Assembly (NCBI RefSeq): GCF_018350175.1
Contig: NC_058368.1
Location: 30,754,001-30,818,000, forward strand
Origin: Felis catus
Taxonomy: Eukaryota
Length of the DNA: 64,000 nucleotides
Direction of reading: 5' to 3'
The position numbers and the translations under genes were made by a program. Below, piece by piece: positions 62,473-64,000 of the stretch (position 1 is the stretch's first letter; each line of letters opens with the position of its first letter). The notes beneath the pieces are model-generated. The model searched no databases and was not told the DNA's origin. It was given only the letters and a program-made list of their open reading frames with translations.

Positions 62473-64000
62473 ACACACACACTCAAGCTAGAAAAATATG
62501 AAATACTTGAAAAGTTACACTCTAAATAGCGTGTGGGTAAAAAAATAATAAAATTAATAATATTTTGAAATTATAGCTAATGAAAACTCAAAACATATGG
62601 GATGTAGTTGAAGCTTCTTTAATGGGAAATTTGTACAATCAAATATACATAAGAAAGCCCGGAAGATCTCAAATCAGTGATCTAGTCTTGTATCTGAAAC
62701 TAGGAATAGAAAATAAAAAATAGAAAAGCAAATAAAATCCAAATGAAACAAAGGAAAGGAAATACTGTAGATAAAAGCAGAACAAAATAAAACAGCAAAT
62801 AACATCTCGTTATGTGAAAAGATCAGTAGAATTAAAAAAAAAACTTCCAAACAGACTTAACAAGAAAAAGATATGAGAGAGAGCACAGGTGACTAATGTC
62901 AGGACGTTAGGAATGAAATAGGGATGACCAGTATGGAACCTACATCCATTAAAAATAAAGTAACGAGGGGCGACTGGGTGGCTCAGTCAGTTAAGTGTCT
63001 GACTCTTGATTTTGGCTCAGGTCACGATCTCTGCTATGTGAGATGCAGCTGACAGCATGGAGCCTGCTTGGGATTCTCTCTCTCTGGCCACCCTGACCCT
63101 CCCCCTACCCACCCCCCCGCCCCCATCACCCTTCTCACTCACGCTCACTCTGTCTCTGAAAACAAATAAAAAGTATGTGTGGAAGCATTGTGAAAAACTT
63201 GCCAGTAACTAAAAACTTTTGAATGTACAAACTTCAAATGCTCACTCTAGAATGAATAGGTAACACGAGTAGCCATGTAGCTTTAAGATGAACTGAAGTC
63301 ATTTTTAATAACCAAGCACAAAAACACAGCTTTTACTAGTGACTTCTAGCATACATTTAAAGAAGAAACAATACCATTTATACACGAACTCATCCAGAAA
63401 ATTAGAAGAGAAAGGCATGTGTACTCACACATTTCATAGGGTCAGCACACAAAATCAGAGATCGGAGAGATCTGTTACAAGGAAAGGAAAATACACACAA
63501 ATACAGTATAAACATAGACAAGATTCATTTACAATTCTAGCAAATTGAATCTCGTGATTAACCAAATGGATAAGATACCACAACCAAATGAACTTCATTC
63601 CAGAAACACAAAGGCAGTTTAACATTCCATCGTCAATCACTGTAATTCCCAATACACACAGTATAAAAAAAAAAAAAACGATATGTACAACCATCTCAGT
63701 AGCTGTGGAGAAACCTACACAATTCAACAGCAACCCATGATAAAAATCTCCAGCGAACTTACCTGAGAAGGGAACTTCCTGAAGCTAATGAAGTGTAGCT
63801 ATGAAAACCCCACAGCTGATGTCACATTTAACAGTGGAAGACTAAATGCGTCCACTGAAATTCAGGACCAACACAGGATAGCTAATCTCTGTATTTCCAA
63901 TTAACGTTGTACTGGAAGTTCTAGTCCATGCAATAAGGAAAGAAAAAGAGATACATAGATGGAACAGGAAAAAGAAAATCTCTGCTGACAGATGATAGAG
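61990..64000 (+). mobile_element. Old L1 ORF2 (endonuclease to RT region), degraded, running off the window
   Basis: TTTGGAGATTTGAACAT, CAACCAAATGAACTTCATTCCAG, AAAACCCCACAGCT, GTACTGGAAGTTCTAG motifs. Confidence 0.82.
62967..63172 (+). mobile_element. Can-SINE, internally deleted, with C-rich tract
   Basis: GGGGCGACTGGGTGGCTCAGTCAG head; AATAAA tail. Confidence 0.9.

Noticed and set aside
1..64000. CRISPR arrays, operons, CpG-island promoter or a novel multi-gene system
   Set aside because: Mammalian repeat-rich DNA; no regularly spaced repeat-spacer array, no CpG island, no intact coding genes seen

Overview
AT-rich mammalian genomic DNA from a carnivore, almost certainly a felid: about 26 tRNA-derived Can-SINEs are present, five of them near-identical copies of the young feline subfamily. 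The window reads as intronic or intergenic. Much of it is transposon-derived (L1, L2, MIR, MaLR/ERVL LTRs, hAT MER elements, Can-SINEs); family and subfamily names are recalled from consensus sequences, not searched, and boundaries of old repeats are approximate. The only recognisable gene-derived sequence is a full-length, disabled EEF1A1 processed pseudogene (minus strand, ~27934-29934). It sits inside an L2 and is itself interrupted by a SINE. I found no intact protein-coding gene, RNA gene or CRISPR array, and no convincing new biological system. The best leads are (i) a textbook-looking 12-nt microexon candidate at 25412-25423, with a possible recursive splice site about 1 kb upstream, which would imply a long plus-strand host intron; (ii) a chimeric ~1 kb insertion with a 19-bp TSD carrying ~355 bp of mostly non-L1 DNA; and (iii) several template-switch scars, including a perfect 17-bp palindrome created inside the EEF1A1 retrocopy.
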